A stretch of 64,000 nucleotides of DNA from Candidatus Altiarchaeota archaeon (GCA_043804895.1 JAZDIN010000004.1:72887-136886), one strand, 5' to 3'; numbered from the stretch's first letter, positions 53,657-63,894 are shown. Notes: generated from the sequence alone by a model not told the origin. Numbers and translations are program-made.

Positions 53657-54306
53657 TTTCAGGCGGGATGGACTCCGCTGTCGCGGCTGCGGTGGCGATG
53701 AGGGACGGTTTTGAGATATACGCCCTCACATTCGACTACGGGCAGAGGCATCGAAGGGAGTTGGAGAGTGCTAGGAAGATAGTTAGGCACTACAAGGCTA
53801 AGGAGCACAAGATACTCAAAATCAGCCTTGACAAGATAGGAGGCTCGTCGCTCACTGACAGGAGGATGAAGATTCCGAAGAAAAAAACGAAAGGCATCCC
53901 CTCAACTTATGTGCCTGCGAGGAACACGATACTGCTCTCATACGCTCTCGCCTTTGCTGAAGTGGCCGGCGCTGATGCGATATACATCGGAGCCAACCAC
54001 ATAGACTACAGCGGATACCCTGACTGCAGGCTGGAATACTACAGGGCATTCCAGAATTTGGCGAATCTCGCAACGAAGAGGGCGGTCGATGGCAATCCCG
54101 TGAAGATTAGGACTCCGCTTCTTCAGATGAGCAAGGAGGAGATAATCAGAGAGGGGGTTAAGCTCAAAGTCCCATTCGAAGTCACCTGGTCATGCTACAA
54201 CGGTGGGAAGAAAGCGTGCGGCAGATGCGCAAGCTGCATCCTCAGGCTTGAAGGATTCAAGAAGGCAGGGTACGAGGACCCAATAGAATATGGAAGGAGA
54301 GTCTGA
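53614..54306 (+). CDS. queC: 7-cyano-7-deazaguanine synthase
   Basis: AVCLISGGMDSAV PP-loop and the C-terminal zinc cluster CYNGGKKACGRCASC. GTG start at 53614 or 53632. Confidence 0.9.
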   Translation: MGGRWEVGRKAVCLISGGMDSAVAAAVAMRDGFEIYALTFDYGQRHRRELESARKIVRHYKAKEHKILKISLDKIGGSSLTDRRMKIPKKKTKGIPSTYVPARNTILLSYALAFAEVAGADAIYIGANHIDYSGYPDCRLEYYRAFQNLANLATKRAVDGNPVKIRTPLLQMSKEEIIREGVKLKVPFEVTWSCYNGGKKACGRCASCILRLEGFKKAGYEDPIEYGRRV

Positions 54307-54847
54307 AGCTGGAAAAAACTGCATGGAGGCTGAAGTGTTCGCAAGGAAGGGGGAGCCAGGATTAGCCATAGCCCACCTTCACGAAGCCTTGAAAACCAGC
54401 CCAGAAAACGCCCTAATCCACTACGAGCTCGCGGTACTTTTGGAGGATTCAAACAGGAAGGAGAGCATAAAACACTACCTAGCCTCAGCGAAGGCGGACC
54501 CAAGGGAAAGCGACGTCCAATACGCCTTAGGCAGGCTCTACGGCATGGAAGGCGAGATGGAAAACTCCATAAGATGCTTCACAGAATGCATCAGACTGGA
54601 CCCGTTCGACAGCAGACCCTACTGCGGACTCGGAGTCGCATACAACGTCAGGAAGGACAACACCAAGTCGATTGAATGCCTCCAGAAGGCCATCGAACTC
54701 AACCCCAAAGACCCGGTCGCATATGAACTTCTGGGCGACGTGAAAGCCGAAGCAGGCGACAAGGAAAACGCACTCAAAAACTACAAGAGAAGCTGCGAAC
54801 TAACAAGTAGCGAAAGAATCAAAGAGAAGATTAGAGGGTTAAGATGA
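54290..54847 (+). CDS. TPR-repeat protein
   Basis: About four 34-residue repeats of the A..YELA..L......A...Y..A...DP type. Confidence 0.7.
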   Translation: MEGESEAGKNCMEAEVFARKGEPGLAIAHLHEALKTSPENALIHYELAVLLEDSNRKESIKHYLASAKADPRESDVQYALGRLYGMEGEMENSIRCFTECIRLDPFDSRPYCGLGVAYNVRKDNTKSIECLQKAIELNPKDPVAYELLGDVKAEAGDKENALKNYKRSCELTSSERIKEKIRGLR

Positions 54848-55464
54848 GAGGAGATTGGTTTAACGCATTCAAGGCGGCGCATAATCTCGAGTTCACTCCG
54901 GAGGATTACAGTGGATGGAGCAAGATGGTCGACGAGTGCATGCCCTTCTACCTCAACCACCTGCCTGAAGGCTCAAGCATGCTTGAGTGCTGCTCGGGCC
55001 TCGGGTGCACCGCGATACCACTGTCCCACCACTACCGCGTAACAGCCTTCGACAAGGATGAGGGGATACTAGAGTACACGAGAAAGAACGCTAAGAGGTT
55101 CGGAGGAGACATCAATGTAGTGAACGCCGACTTCAGGAGTATTGTTGAGAAGTTCGGCCCAGACTCCTACGACGCCTGCAGTTCAGGCGGCGTCCTCGAA
55201 CACTTTAGTGTGGATGAGATTCACGAGCTCGTCAACAAACAGCTGACCGTCGCCCCCCTGGTTTTCATCTCAGTTCCACTTGGAGACGGGAAGAAGACGA
55301 CAGACGAGCATAGCATTACAAGGTACGGTTACACGAGAAGACAATGGTTGAAGGAGATACTAAATGAGCATAACCTAGTCGACAGCATGGTGAGCGAATC
55401 AGACCCGAAAGTATCAGGAGACAAACCCTGGACCGAGTTGAACATAGCGATGAGGCGAATATGA
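54844..55464 (+). CDS. class I SAM-dependent methyltransferase
   Basis: Motif I MLECCSGLGCTAIPL, an acidic residue at the end of beta-2 (VTAFDKDE), and NADF. Substrate unknown. Confidence 0.65.
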   Translation: MRGDWFNAFKAAHNLEFTPEDYSGWSKMVDECMPFYLNHLPEGSSMLECCSGLGCTAIPLSHHYRVTAFDKDEGILEYTRKNAKRFGGDINVVNADFRSIVEKFGPDSYDACSSGGVLEHFSVDEIHELVNKQLTVAPLVFISVPLGDGKKTTDEHSITRYGYTRRQWLKEILNEHNLVDSMVSESDPKVSGDKPWTELNIAMRRI

Positions 55465-56069
55465 AAATCTCAGAGATATTTGCGAGCATACAAGGGGAGG
55501 GCCGATATATTGGTAGGCCGCAGGTGTTCGTTCGACTAACCGGGTGCAATCTCCGCTGCTCCTGGTGTGATACCAAGTACGCCTGGGAGTGCGGGAAGGA
55601 GTTGACAGTCGATAGGGTTGTGAGGGAGGTGGCGCGGCATAAAATCAAGAGCGTGTGCATCACAGGCGGGGAGCCTATGCTCCAGTTGGTTGAGCTTCGG
55701 CAACTTGTTGACAGGCTGAAGTCGAGGGGGTATTTCATAGTCCTTGAGACGAACGGCACACTCTATGACAGGAGGATATTCTCGAAAGTCGACTGCGCGA
55801 GCGTGGACATGAAACCGCCAAGCTCAAAGGAGAAGAGCGATGAGCGAATCCTCGGGAAACTGAGAGCCAAGGACCAGGTGAAGGTCGTCGTAGCAGACGA
55901 CAGAGACCTCAAATACGCTAAGAAGGTAATATCAAAGACGAAAAAGGCGGAAGTGATACTGCAGCCCGCAGGCGGCAAAGACATTAAACCCCTCGCCAGG
56001 AAGCTGCTGGACCTTAAGATGGACTCCCGGGTGCTGCCACAACTGCACAAGGTAGTGGGATTAAAATGA
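55461..56069 (+). CDS. queE: 7-carboxy-7-deazaguanine synthase (radical SAM)
   Basis: EIFASIQGEGRYIGRPQVFVRLTGCNLRCSWCDTKY. Confidence 0.9.
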   Translation: MKISEIFASIQGEGRYIGRPQVFVRLTGCNLRCSWCDTKYAWECGKELTVDRVVREVARHKIKSVCITGGEPMLQLVELRQLVDRLKSRGYFIVLETNGTLYDRRIFSKVDCASVDMKPPSSKEKSDERILGKLRAKDQVKVVVADDRDLKYAKKVISKTKKAEVILQPAGGKDIKPLARKLLDLKMDSRVLPQLHKVVGLK

Positions 56070-56743
56070 AACTCGTGCTCTTCGACATAGATGGAGTGCT
56101 GCTTAAGCCAAAGTCGGTGGAATTCGACTACTGGGGAGCCATCGTAAAGAAGCACTTCGGGCTTGCGGTCAGGAGAGACGACATTTACATGGAGGGCAAG
56201 ACTGACAGGGGGATACTATATGAACTCCTGAAGAGCGCGGGGGTGGAAGACTCTGAGGCAGACCCACTTTTCAAAACAGCAATCGATGACATCGGCAACG
56301 TGGTCGCACAGGGGATAAAAGGCAAGCAGCTGAGGAAGGTCGAAAACGTCGAGGAACTCGTACAGCGCCTCATAAAGGACGGACACGTCATCGGCATCTT
56401 GAGCGGCAACACCGGGGAAAAAGCCAAAGTCAAACTTGAGAGCGCAGGCCTGTGGAAGTATTTCAGGTTCGGGGCCTTCGGGGATGCGAGCAAGAGAAGG
56501 AGCGAACTCGTCCCCATCGCCTTAGAGCGAGCTAGACATGAGACTGGATTCGTCTTCGACAGAGGCGACGTTTACATAATCGGGGACACTATCAGGGACG
56601 TGCAGTGCGCGAGGGATGCTGGTGTGAAGTCTATAATAGTAGCCACTGGGAACGAGGGCATGGACGAGCTTAGGAAGGCGCGCCCAGACCACCTGTTCAG
56701 GGACTTCAATGCATTAGATGAAATAATGGCGGTGATAAAATGA
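56066..56743 (+). CDS. HAD-superfamily hydrolase
   Basis: Motif I LVLFDIDGVL, motif II ILSGN, and motif IV IGDTIRDVQCARDAG. Confidence 0.8.
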   Translation: MKLVLFDIDGVLLKPKSVEFDYWGAIVKKHFGLAVRRDDIYMEGKTDRGILYELLKSAGVEDSEADPLFKTAIDDIGNVVAQGIKGKQLRKVENVEELVQRLIKDGHVIGILSGNTGEKAKVKLESAGLWKYFRFGAFGDASKRRSELVPIALERARHETGFVFDRGDVYIIGDTIRDVQCARDAGVKSIIVATGNEGMDELRKARPDHLFRDFNALDEIMAVIK

Positions 56744-57525
56744 AGGACACGCAGGATAAGAAGCCGAATGTGGAGAGGAGCTTGGATAGGGTTGGGATAA
56801 CGAATCTGAGGACGCTGATACACACGACCTGGGGCGGCCAGGATTACAGGTTCACACCCAAAATCGAGATTACGATAGACTTGGAGAAGGGCAAGAAGGG
56901 GATTCATATGAGCAGGCTCGTGGAGGCTATCGGGGAGGCTGTGGAGGAGGAGACGCAGAAGCCTGGAAGCTCGATTGAGGAGATTGAGAAGAGGATACTG
57001 GAGCGGCTCCTAAGACGCCACCCCTACCGTCGCGGTGAGGTTAGGATGGAAACGGACCTGATAGTGGAGAAGAGGACGCCTGTGAGCGGGCTTAAGACAA
57101 CCGAAGCCCATAAGGTCGAAGTGACCGTGGCGAAAGACAACGGCAGGTACTCGAAAAAGCTGAAGGCCACAGTCCTTGGCAACACCGTCTGCCCGCATTC
57201 GATGGAGACGGCAGGTAAGCCGCACATCCAGAGGGCTGTTGGGGAGCTCGAAGTGGAAACCGGCTACGGCAACTATGTCGACTTGGAGGACATGATAGAG
57301 TGCGTCGAAGGGTCCTTCTCATCCGAAGTGTACACCCTCTTGAAGACCGAGGACGAGAGGCACGTCGTGGAGAAGATGTTCAAGAACCCCAAATTCGTGG
57401 AGGACGTGGTGAGGGACATACTACATGATGCGAAAAAGAGGTTCAGAGGCTGCAGGATAAAGTCGAAGGTCATCTCATACGAGTCCATACACAGGCACGA
57501 CGTCATAGCTGAAGGGTCCTGCTGA
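56740..57525 (+). CDS. folE2: GTP cyclohydrolase IB family (FolE2/MptA)
   Basis: LDRVGITNL, KGIHMSRL, VCPHS and ESIHRHDV motifs. 261 aa. I cannot tell FolE2 from MptA chemistry by eye. Confidence 0.8.
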   Translation: MKDTQDKKPNVERSLDRVGITNLRTLIHTTWGGQDYRFTPKIEITIDLEKGKKGIHMSRLVEAIGEAVEEETQKPGSSIEEIEKRILERLLRRHPYRRGEVRMETDLIVEKRTPVSGLKTTEAHKVEVTVAKDNGRYSKKLKATVLGNTVCPHSMETAGKPHIQRAVGELEVETGYGNYVDLEDMIECVEGSFSSEVYTLLKTEDERHVVEKMFKNPKFVEDVVRDILHDAKKRFRGCRIKSKVISYESIHRHDVIAEGSC

Positions 57526-57562
57526 ACCCTTATATATTAGTACGCGTAAGATTAGACTCGAA

Positions 57563-58897
57563 ATGGACTTTGAAAGCATAGGACTGCAGGTTCCGACGAT
57601 ACTTTTGCCAAGGAATGGGGTGGACATGACGAAATGGGCTGTTGTCGCATGCGACCAGTACACCGCAGAGGAGGAATACTGGCAGAGGGCGAGGAAGTTC
57701 ATAGGAGACGCACCGTCAACCCTGAACATCATACTACCTGAAGTCTACCTTGAGTCAGCTGACAAGGAGGAGAGGATACGGAACATCAACAATAAAATGG
57801 GGGAATACGTCGAAGGCGGCGTCCTCACACCACAGGAGCCAGGATTCATACTAGTCGATAGGAAGACGCCATCCACAAAGTCGAGGAAAGGTCTCGTCGT
57901 CGCATTGGACCTGGAAAGATACGATTACAGCAAAGGCTCCCAGACGCTCATCAGGGCGACTGAGGGCACGATTGTGGAGAGACTGCCGCCGCGGGTGAGG
58001 ATAAGGGAGAACGCAGCCATAGAGCTGCCCCACATCATGGTACTGATAGATGACCCGAAGAAGACCGTCATAGAGCCGCTATTCAAAAAGAAGCTGAAGA
58101 AAGCCTACGACTTCGATTTGATGGCCGGAAGCGGCCACATCAGAGGCCTCAGGGTAACAGACGAGAAGCTGTTGGAAGGCATCGCAGAAAAGCTCGGGAA
58201 ACTCGCTGACCAGAAGACGTTCGACAAGAAGTATAAGGTGTCAGGGAAGGGAGTCCTACTCTACGCTATGGGCGACGGCAACCACTCCCTCGCAACCGCG
58301 AAGGCAATCTGGGAGAGGCTGAAGGAGAACGCCAGCGACAAGAAGGCTGTGATGAACCACCCGGCACGCTACGCCCTAGTGGAACTCGTGAACGTACACG
58401 ACAAAGGCCTCGAATTCGAGCCCATACACCGCGTAGTGTTCGGAGTCGACGTCGAAGACATGCTCAAAGCAATGGAATCGTACTACAAGGCCGAAGGCTC
58501 CCAGTTCACTAGCGAGAGATTCAACTCCCAAGCGAAGATGAGAAAAGAGCTGAAGAAAGCCAAGAAAGGAGTACACGCCATCTCCTTCGTCGCAGGCAAG
58601 GAGTACGGGATACTCTACATAAAAAAACCTAAACTCAACCTCGAAGTGGGGACGCTACAAACCTTCCTCGACAAGTACCTGAAAGAGAAATGCTTGAAAG
58701 TCGACTACATACACGGGGACGAAGTCGTCACAACACTCGGCGCCAAAACAGGGAACATCGGATTCCTACTCCCGGCCATGTCAAAACACGAACTATTCAG
58801 AACAGTAATACTAGACGGCGCACTACCCCGGAAGACTTTCTCCATGGGCCACGCACCAGACAAAAGATTCTACATCGAATGCAGAAAAATAGTCTAA
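57563..58897 (+). CDS. DUF1015-like protein (tentative)
   Basis: 444 aa. The assignment rests on length and a MGDGNHSLATAKAIWE segment that resembles the ADGHHR core of that family. Needs an HMM check. Confidence 0.45.
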   Translation: MDFESIGLQVPTILLPRNGVDMTKWAVVACDQYTAEEEYWQRARKFIGDAPSTLNIILPEVYLESADKEERIRNINNKMGEYVEGGVLTPQEPGFILVDRKTPSTKSRKGLVVALDLERYDYSKGSQTLIRATEGTIVERLPPRVRIRENAAIELPHIMVLIDDPKKTVIEPLFKKKLKKAYDFDLMAGSGHIRGLRVTDEKLLEGIAEKLGKLADQKTFDKKYKVSGKGVLLYAMGDGNHSLATAKAIWERLKENASDKKAVMNHPARYALVELVNVHDKGLEFEPIHRVVFGVDVEDMLKAMESYYKAEGSQFTSERFNSQAKMRKELKKAKKGVHAISFVAGKEYGILYIKKPKLNLEVGTLQTFLDKYLKEKCLKVDYIHGDEVVTTLGAKTGNIGFLLPAMSKHELFRTVILDGALPRKTFSMGHAPDKRFYIECRKIV

Positions 58898-59103
58898 GAA
58901 CGCTTCTTTTTCTTGTTTTTCTTTAGAACGTTCAGACCGTAGTCTATCTCCTTCTTCCGGTTGGCTATCTCCTTTTCCCAGTAGCCGAGGGTGTGTTCCA
59001 TGCCTTTCACGCCGACGTTGCATTCTATCTTTTTCTCGTGAATCTCTATCTGGCGCTTTAGGCTTTCGACTCTCTTCCCCAGCCGTTTCTTCCTACTTGC
59101 CAT
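58894..59103 (-). CDS. hypothetical basic coiled-coil protein (69 aa)
   Basis: ORF only. Overlaps the 3' end of the upstream nucleotidyltransferase gene. Confidence 0.35.
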   Translation of the reverse strand: MASRKKRLGKRVESLKRQIEIHEKKIECNVGVKGMEHTLGYWEKEIANRKKEIDYGLNVLKKNKKKKRS

Positions 59104-59860
59104 CTTCCAACATCGCTCCTAGGCTTTTGTTCTCCTTCTCCAATATCCCCTGCAGGACGAGGATATCCTCTATGTCCAGTAGGGAGTCTGGGAGGGGCTT
59201 ATCATCCCTCACAGCACGGTAGACGGTGTATAATCCCTCATATGCTTTCTCGCTTAAACCTTTCGGAAGGACATAATCCTTGAAGTCCTTGTTAGCGTAC
59301 TTACCGCCGGACAGGAGCATCCTCGCAAGGTAGACCGCCTTCAGACGGATTAGGAGGGAGTATATGACAGCCCCAATCCTCTTCCTGCCTTTAATCAACT
59401 CCCTGTTCTCCTTTAGTATCCTGCTCGTGTCCTTAACCAGCTTCAGGTAACCGCGCTGGTCTATTTTCCGCTCCCTCAGGGTCTGCAGGTATGGGCCGTT
59501 GATCAAGGCCTCTGCTTCGGAGAGTATAGGAGTCAACTGTATGGGGTCGTTGGAGAGTAGCCAGTCGACTTCCTCAGGCGTTGAGACTACGATATCCAGT
59601 GGAAATGTTGAGGGTATCTTTATCTTCTCGCTCGCGACTACGAGCACGTCAATGTCCGAGTGCTGCGTCTCCTCCCCCCTAACGTGGCTGCCGTGCATGT
59701 ACGCGCCGACTATCTTAGGCAGGTAAGGCATCAAGGCCTCCAGCGCAGCCTCCCTGGGCGACAGCAACCGCACGACAACCTTCTGATTCTGCCAGCCGCG
59801 AGGCACATAAACCGCTGAAGAATTCCCCATAGGCCTACACACCTTCACCAAACCATCCAT
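59093..59860 (-). CDS. nucleotidyltransferase-domain protein with an N-terminal AbrB-like/DUF2080-like segment
   Basis: Minimal NTase motif GSHVRGEETQHSDIDVLVV. N-terminus VCRPMGNSSAVYVPRGWQNQKVVV. The C-terminal helical region is unassigned. Confidence 0.7.
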   Translation of the reverse strand: MDGLVKVCRPMGNSSAVYVPRGWQNQKVVVRLLSPREAALEALMPYLPKIVGAYMHGSHVRGEETQHSDIDVLVVASEKIKIPSTFPLDIVVSTPEEVDWLLSNDPIQLTPILSEAEALINGPYLQTLRERKIDQRGYLKLVKDTSRILKENRELIKGRKRIGAVIYSLLIRLKAVYLARMLLSGGKYANKDFKDYVLPKGLSEKAYEGLYTVYRAVRDDKPLPDSLLDIEDILVLQGILEKENKSLGAMLEDGK

Positions 59861-60029
59861 ATAGTAAATACAATGTATTTACCTTAATAAATACATGCTT
59901 AAACCAAATCGAAGCATTTTAAAACCCAGCGTTTAAAGGCCTTAAACAATGGAATGCCCAGTCTGCGAAGGCCAGGTCCAGAAAAATACGTACTGAAGGC
60001 AACAAATGCTATAGGCTCTCGTGATTTTG

Positions 60030-61271
60030 TTATGTGTGTTTTTCGTAGATTTTGCTTTGTTTCAGTGCGATGTATGTGACTGGGATTGAGAGTATGAGAA
60101 TGCACCCGAGTAGCATGAACGTCGAGCTGATGCTGTAGGACTCCGCTATCAGTCCGCCGATTATGGGGCTTGCCACGTAGGCCGCATCCTCGGAGACGTT
60201 CCATACGCCTACTATTCCGCCCCTCTCCTTGTCTGAGGATATGTCGGTTAGGAAGCCGTCTATGGCAGGCCTTGAGAGTGCTAGGCCGGTGGTTGCGATG
60301 AATGCGGATATCATGAGTATGTCGGGGTCTTTTGTGGAGCCGAATATTATTAGGAACGCCCCCGCCACTGCCATTCCTAGGATGAACATCTTCACCTTCC
60401 CTATGCGGTCTGCCGCCATTCCAGCCGGAACTTCAAAGAGTACGAACGGTATGACGAACATGACGAGTATGATGCCCACAGTCTCAACGTCCAAGCCCAG
60501 CGTGGTGTAGAGCGGCTCCAGGGTCCAGATCACGCCGTCTATGAATACGGTGATGAAGGTTGTGAATAGGATGGCCGCGCCAGAGTAGTGGAGATCCCTG
60601 AAGTCTGTGAGGCTCCTCAGGTACACCTTGTCTTCATGGATTGCATCCTTCAGGCTCGCAATCAGGGTCTTCCCCAGGAGGATGGATTCCTTTACTTTTA
60701 GCATGATGAGTGCTGAGGCCAGGCAGAGGAGGAAATAGAATAACCCGGTGTTTGACACACTCACATCCAACGAGTCAGCAATCAAGTACCCTGCGACCAC
60801 AGGGCCGACCGCGAACCCCACCTGGTATGCCACTTCTATTATCCCGAAGAATTCGGAGGATTTCGCCTTAGGCGCGATGTCCATGACGTAAGCCCTCACT
60901 GGCACTATGATCATCAGGTTAGCGAACCCGAAGAAGACCATGAAAATAGCATAATCCAGGAGGGTGTGGACTGAAGGCAGAACCAACCCAAGAAGACCCA
61001 TAAACACCATCCCGTAGATTATGAACTTCTTCCTACCCACGTGGTCTGAGAGGCCGCCAACAGGTATGTCAAAGACCATCGCTATGAGCGAGGGGACTGC
61101 GATGAGGAGGCCTACGGTGAAAAGATTCTTGAAGAGACTCTCCGCGATTATTGGCAGGACAAACCAAACCACAGCATTGCCTATCGAGAACAGGACGCCG
61201 CCCATACCCAAGAGGAAGATGGGACGATACTCCCTCTCAGCTGACGCGAACCTGCGGAAGAAGGGAGGCAT
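60030..61271 (-). CDS. MFS transporter
   Basis: About 12 TM segments and the GGLSDHVGRKK loop (MFS motif A). Start trimmed to MPPFFRRF (ATG at 61271), because the track extension overlaps the upstream MFS gene. Confidence 0.8.
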   Translation of the reverse strand: MPPFFRRFASAEREYRPIFLLGMGGVLFSIGNAVVWFVLPIIAESLFKNLFTVGLLIAVPSLIAMVFDIPVGGLSDHVGRKKFIIYGMVFMGLLGLVLPSVHTLLDYAIFMVFFGFANLMIIVPVRAYVMDIAPKAKSSEFFGIIEVAYQVGFAVGPVVAGYLIADSLDVSVSNTGLFYFLLCLASALIMLKVKESILLGKTLIASLKDAIHEDKVYLRSLTDFRDLHYSGAAILFTTFITVFIDGVIWTLEPLYTTLGLDVETVGIILVMFVIPFVLFEVPAGMAADRIGKVKMFILGMAVAGAFLIIFGSTKDPDILMISAFIATTGLALSRPAIDGFLTDISSDKERGGIVGVWNVSEDAAYVASPIIGGLIAESYSISSTFMLLGCILILSIPVTYIALKQSKIYEKHT

Positions 61272-61279
61272 ATGATAGA

Positions 61280-62467
61280 TTACTTTTTGTCGTATAAATG
61301 CATTCTTTTGATTAGGAGCGTGGACAGTATCATCAGAATCCCGAGTGTTATGAATGGCATCCGGATGCCCGAGTACTGTGCGACCAGACCGCCTAGTATG
61401 GGGCCTGCGAGGTAACCTAATTCCTCTGAGGTGTTCCAGACTCCGATGATTCCACCTTTTTTGGATTTCCTTGAGGCATCGGCGAGTAGGCCGGAGAGTG
61501 ATATCCACGCGAACGCTAAGCCAGCGGTGGATAGGAAGGCGAATACTATGAGGAGCGGGGTATCCCTGGCTAAACCGAACAGTATCATGAAGAATCCTGC
61601 CGTGATGAGGCCTGGGACTAGCACTTTCATCTTACCGTACCGGTCTGCGAGTATCCCGGCTGGTATGTTGAACAGTATGAACGGGAGTATGAACATCGAC
61701 ATTATCAGCCCGGTAGTGAAGGAATCAAGGCCGTAGTATTTGTTGAAGAGGGGCTCCAGCGTCCAGACCAGTCCCTCGTAGGTGGTGAACATTATTGTAA
61801 GCCACAGGACGGTGACGCCAACACGGCCGAGTTTCATGTACTCTCTTATTCCGCCGAAGATGAAGTCCTTCAGGTTGAGTTTCAGCTTTGAGGTTACCTT
61901 AGATTCGCTGAACCTGAAGAAGAGGAAAAACAACGCCACCAGAAGTAGGTCGATGGCGAACAGGTTTGAGGCTGAAGCCAAACCCGCCTCCAAGCTGTTG
62001 ATTATGAGGTACCCCCCGACCAGAGGACCTAAACCAAGCCCGGCCTGGAATGCCGTGGCGACTACGCCGAAATGCTTTGACGCGCTGTCTGTTATGTCAA
62101 ACAGGTGGACTTTGATTGAGGCGTATATCAGCTGACTGGCGACGCCGAAGAAAAACGCGAAAAATAGGAAGCCAGCTAGTGTTGAACAGTACGGCAGACA
62201 CAACATCAAAAGCACCATTAGAGACAACCCTGCGAGGACGACAGTCTTACGCCCGTAAGCGTCCGCAAAATTCCCGGCAGGTATGGCAGTGAACATCGAA
62301 GCCAACGCAGGGACAGCAACCAAGAGGCCGACTGCGAGGACGCTCCCGGACACCTCATAAGCCATGAAAGGTAGTAGAAACAACACCAATCCGAAGCCGA
62401 TGGAGTACAGTAGCGAGATGAACGCAAGCCCCGCAACACCATGCGACGCCTTCATATTATCTATCAC
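61280..62467 (-). CDS. MFS transporter (tandem paralogue)
   Basis: GNFADAYGRKT and GILADRYGKMK loops, about 12 TM segments. Confidence 0.8.
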   Translation of the reverse strand: MIDNMKASHGVAGLAFISLLYSIGFGLVLFLLPFMAYEVSGSVLAVGLLVAVPALASMFTAIPAGNFADAYGRKTVVLAGLSLMVLLMLCLPYCSTLAGFLFFAFFFGVASQLIYASIKVHLFDITDSASKHFGVVATAFQAGLGLGPLVGGYLIINSLEAGLASASNLFAIDLLLVALFFLFFRFSESKVTSKLKLNLKDFIFGGIREYMKLGRVGVTVLWLTIMFTTYEGLVWTLEPLFNKYYGLDSFTTGLIMSMFILPFILFNIPAGILADRYGKMKVLVPGLITAGFFMILFGLARDTPLLIVFAFLSTAGLAFAWISLSGLLADASRKSKKGGIIGVWNTSEELGYLAGPILGGLVAQYSGIRMPFITLGILMILSTLLIKRMHLYDKK

Positions 62468-62505
62468 ACGGGAGCCCTTATATTAGAAATCTCATATAAC
62501 CTACA

Positions 62506-63768
62506 ATGGAGGGGAAGACTGTCGAATGCGACGTGCTGGTCGTCGGGGCCGGACCGGCCGGTTCAGCCGCTGCGAGGGCCTCAGCGCTCGCAGGATTGAA
62601 GACTGTTTTCATAGACAAACGCGCTGAAGTCGGCTACCCGGTCCGCTGCGCCGAAGGGATGGGCAACTACCTGTTCCCGTTCATGCCGTTCAAGATACCC
62701 AGAAGGGAGATAGTGTGGGAGACTGACGGTATCGAATTCTGGGCTGAGGACATCACAATAAGACGCCGGGGCGTGCTGTGGGCCGGCTACACTGTCAACC
62801 GCCGTTTGTTCGACAAATGGGTGGCGAAGCAGGCTGTTGAGGCGGGTGCTAGACTGATGTTGGATGCGGAACTTGAGGGGTTCGAGTTCAAGGGGAAACA
62901 CACAGTCGAAGAGGCTAAAATCAAAACAAAAGAGGGGGAAGTAACGATAAAGCCGAAGGTTGTTGTCGGCGCTGACGGATTCGAGTCCACTACATTGAAG
63001 CTATTGGGTGAGTACCATCCGAAGGAGGGTGCAGTCGCTGAAATCTACTCCTATGAGATGAAGGATATGAGACTCGCCTCCCCGAAGTACGAGCAGGTGT
63101 TCGTCGGAGACTTCAGCGAAAGCGGATACGCTTACGTGTTCCCGATATCGAAGACGAGGGCTAACGTCGGAGTAGGATGCGCGTACCCGACTAAACCGAT
63201 TGAAGAATACTTTAACGAGTTCCTGCAGATTCCTGAGATGAAGCATCAGGTGAAGGAAGCTGTGAGGGTGGAGAATAAGGGCGGGAAGGTGAACGCCCTC
63301 GCACTGTCCAAACGGTGGGCGTACGGGAACGTGCTCCTGGCAGGCGACTCAGCAGACCAGAACTTTAAACCGTTCGTTGAGGGCATACTCCCAGCCATAA
63401 TCTGCGGCGACATCGCAGGTAAGACCGCAGCCAAACACCTCCAGGGAGTGGAGGGACTAGACCAGTACACCCACGAGGTGAAACGAGTCCTGGGGCCGGT
63501 GCTCAACCAGTCTGACAGAGTCGGAGACCTCATATACGAGCTATTCAGCATCAAAGACCCGAAAAGATACCTACTACTACTCAACCTACTGGCCGACTTG
63601 AACAGCCCAGATAGGATTCATGAGATGAAACGGATGCACTACGACAGGCTCAAAGACGAAACCCTACTCTGGCAGGAACACTACAAACAAATCCCAACCA
63701 GAATACAAGAATACCTCTGGTACCAGTACATAAAAGCAGAAAAACAGATTCACAGACTCCTGCCGTAA
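62506..63768 (+). CDS. geranylgeranyl reductase-family FAD-dependent oxidoreductase (second paralogue)
   Basis: DVLVVGAGPAGSAAAR and LLAGDSAD. 420 aa. Confidence 0.75.
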   Translation: MEGKTVECDVLVVGAGPAGSAAARASALAGLKTVFIDKRAEVGYPVRCAEGMGNYLFPFMPFKIPRREIVWETDGIEFWAEDITIRRRGVLWAGYTVNRRLFDKWVAKQAVEAGARLMLDAELEGFEFKGKHTVEEAKIKTKEGEVTIKPKVVVGADGFESTTLKLLGEYHPKEGAVAEIYSYEMKDMRLASPKYEQVFVGDFSESGYAYVFPISKTRANVGVGCAYPTKPIEEYFNEFLQIPEMKHQVKEAVRVENKGGKVNALALSKRWAYGNVLLAGDSADQNFKPFVEGILPAIICGDIAGKTAAKHLQGVEGLDQYTHEVKRVLGPVLNQSDRVGDLIYELFSIKDPKRYLLLLNLLADLNSPDRIHEMKRMHYDRLKDETLLWQEHYKQIPTRIQEYLWYQYIKAEKQIHRLLP

Positions 63769-63894
63769 GCTAGTGCTATCAGGCTTAGGATAAGTATCAC
63801 CACAGTTATACTTATGGTAGTTATTGTTAGGCCTGGTGAAGTGAAACAAAATGTGGGCTGTTTTTATACCGTGCTTGGATTAAGTAGTTATGTT

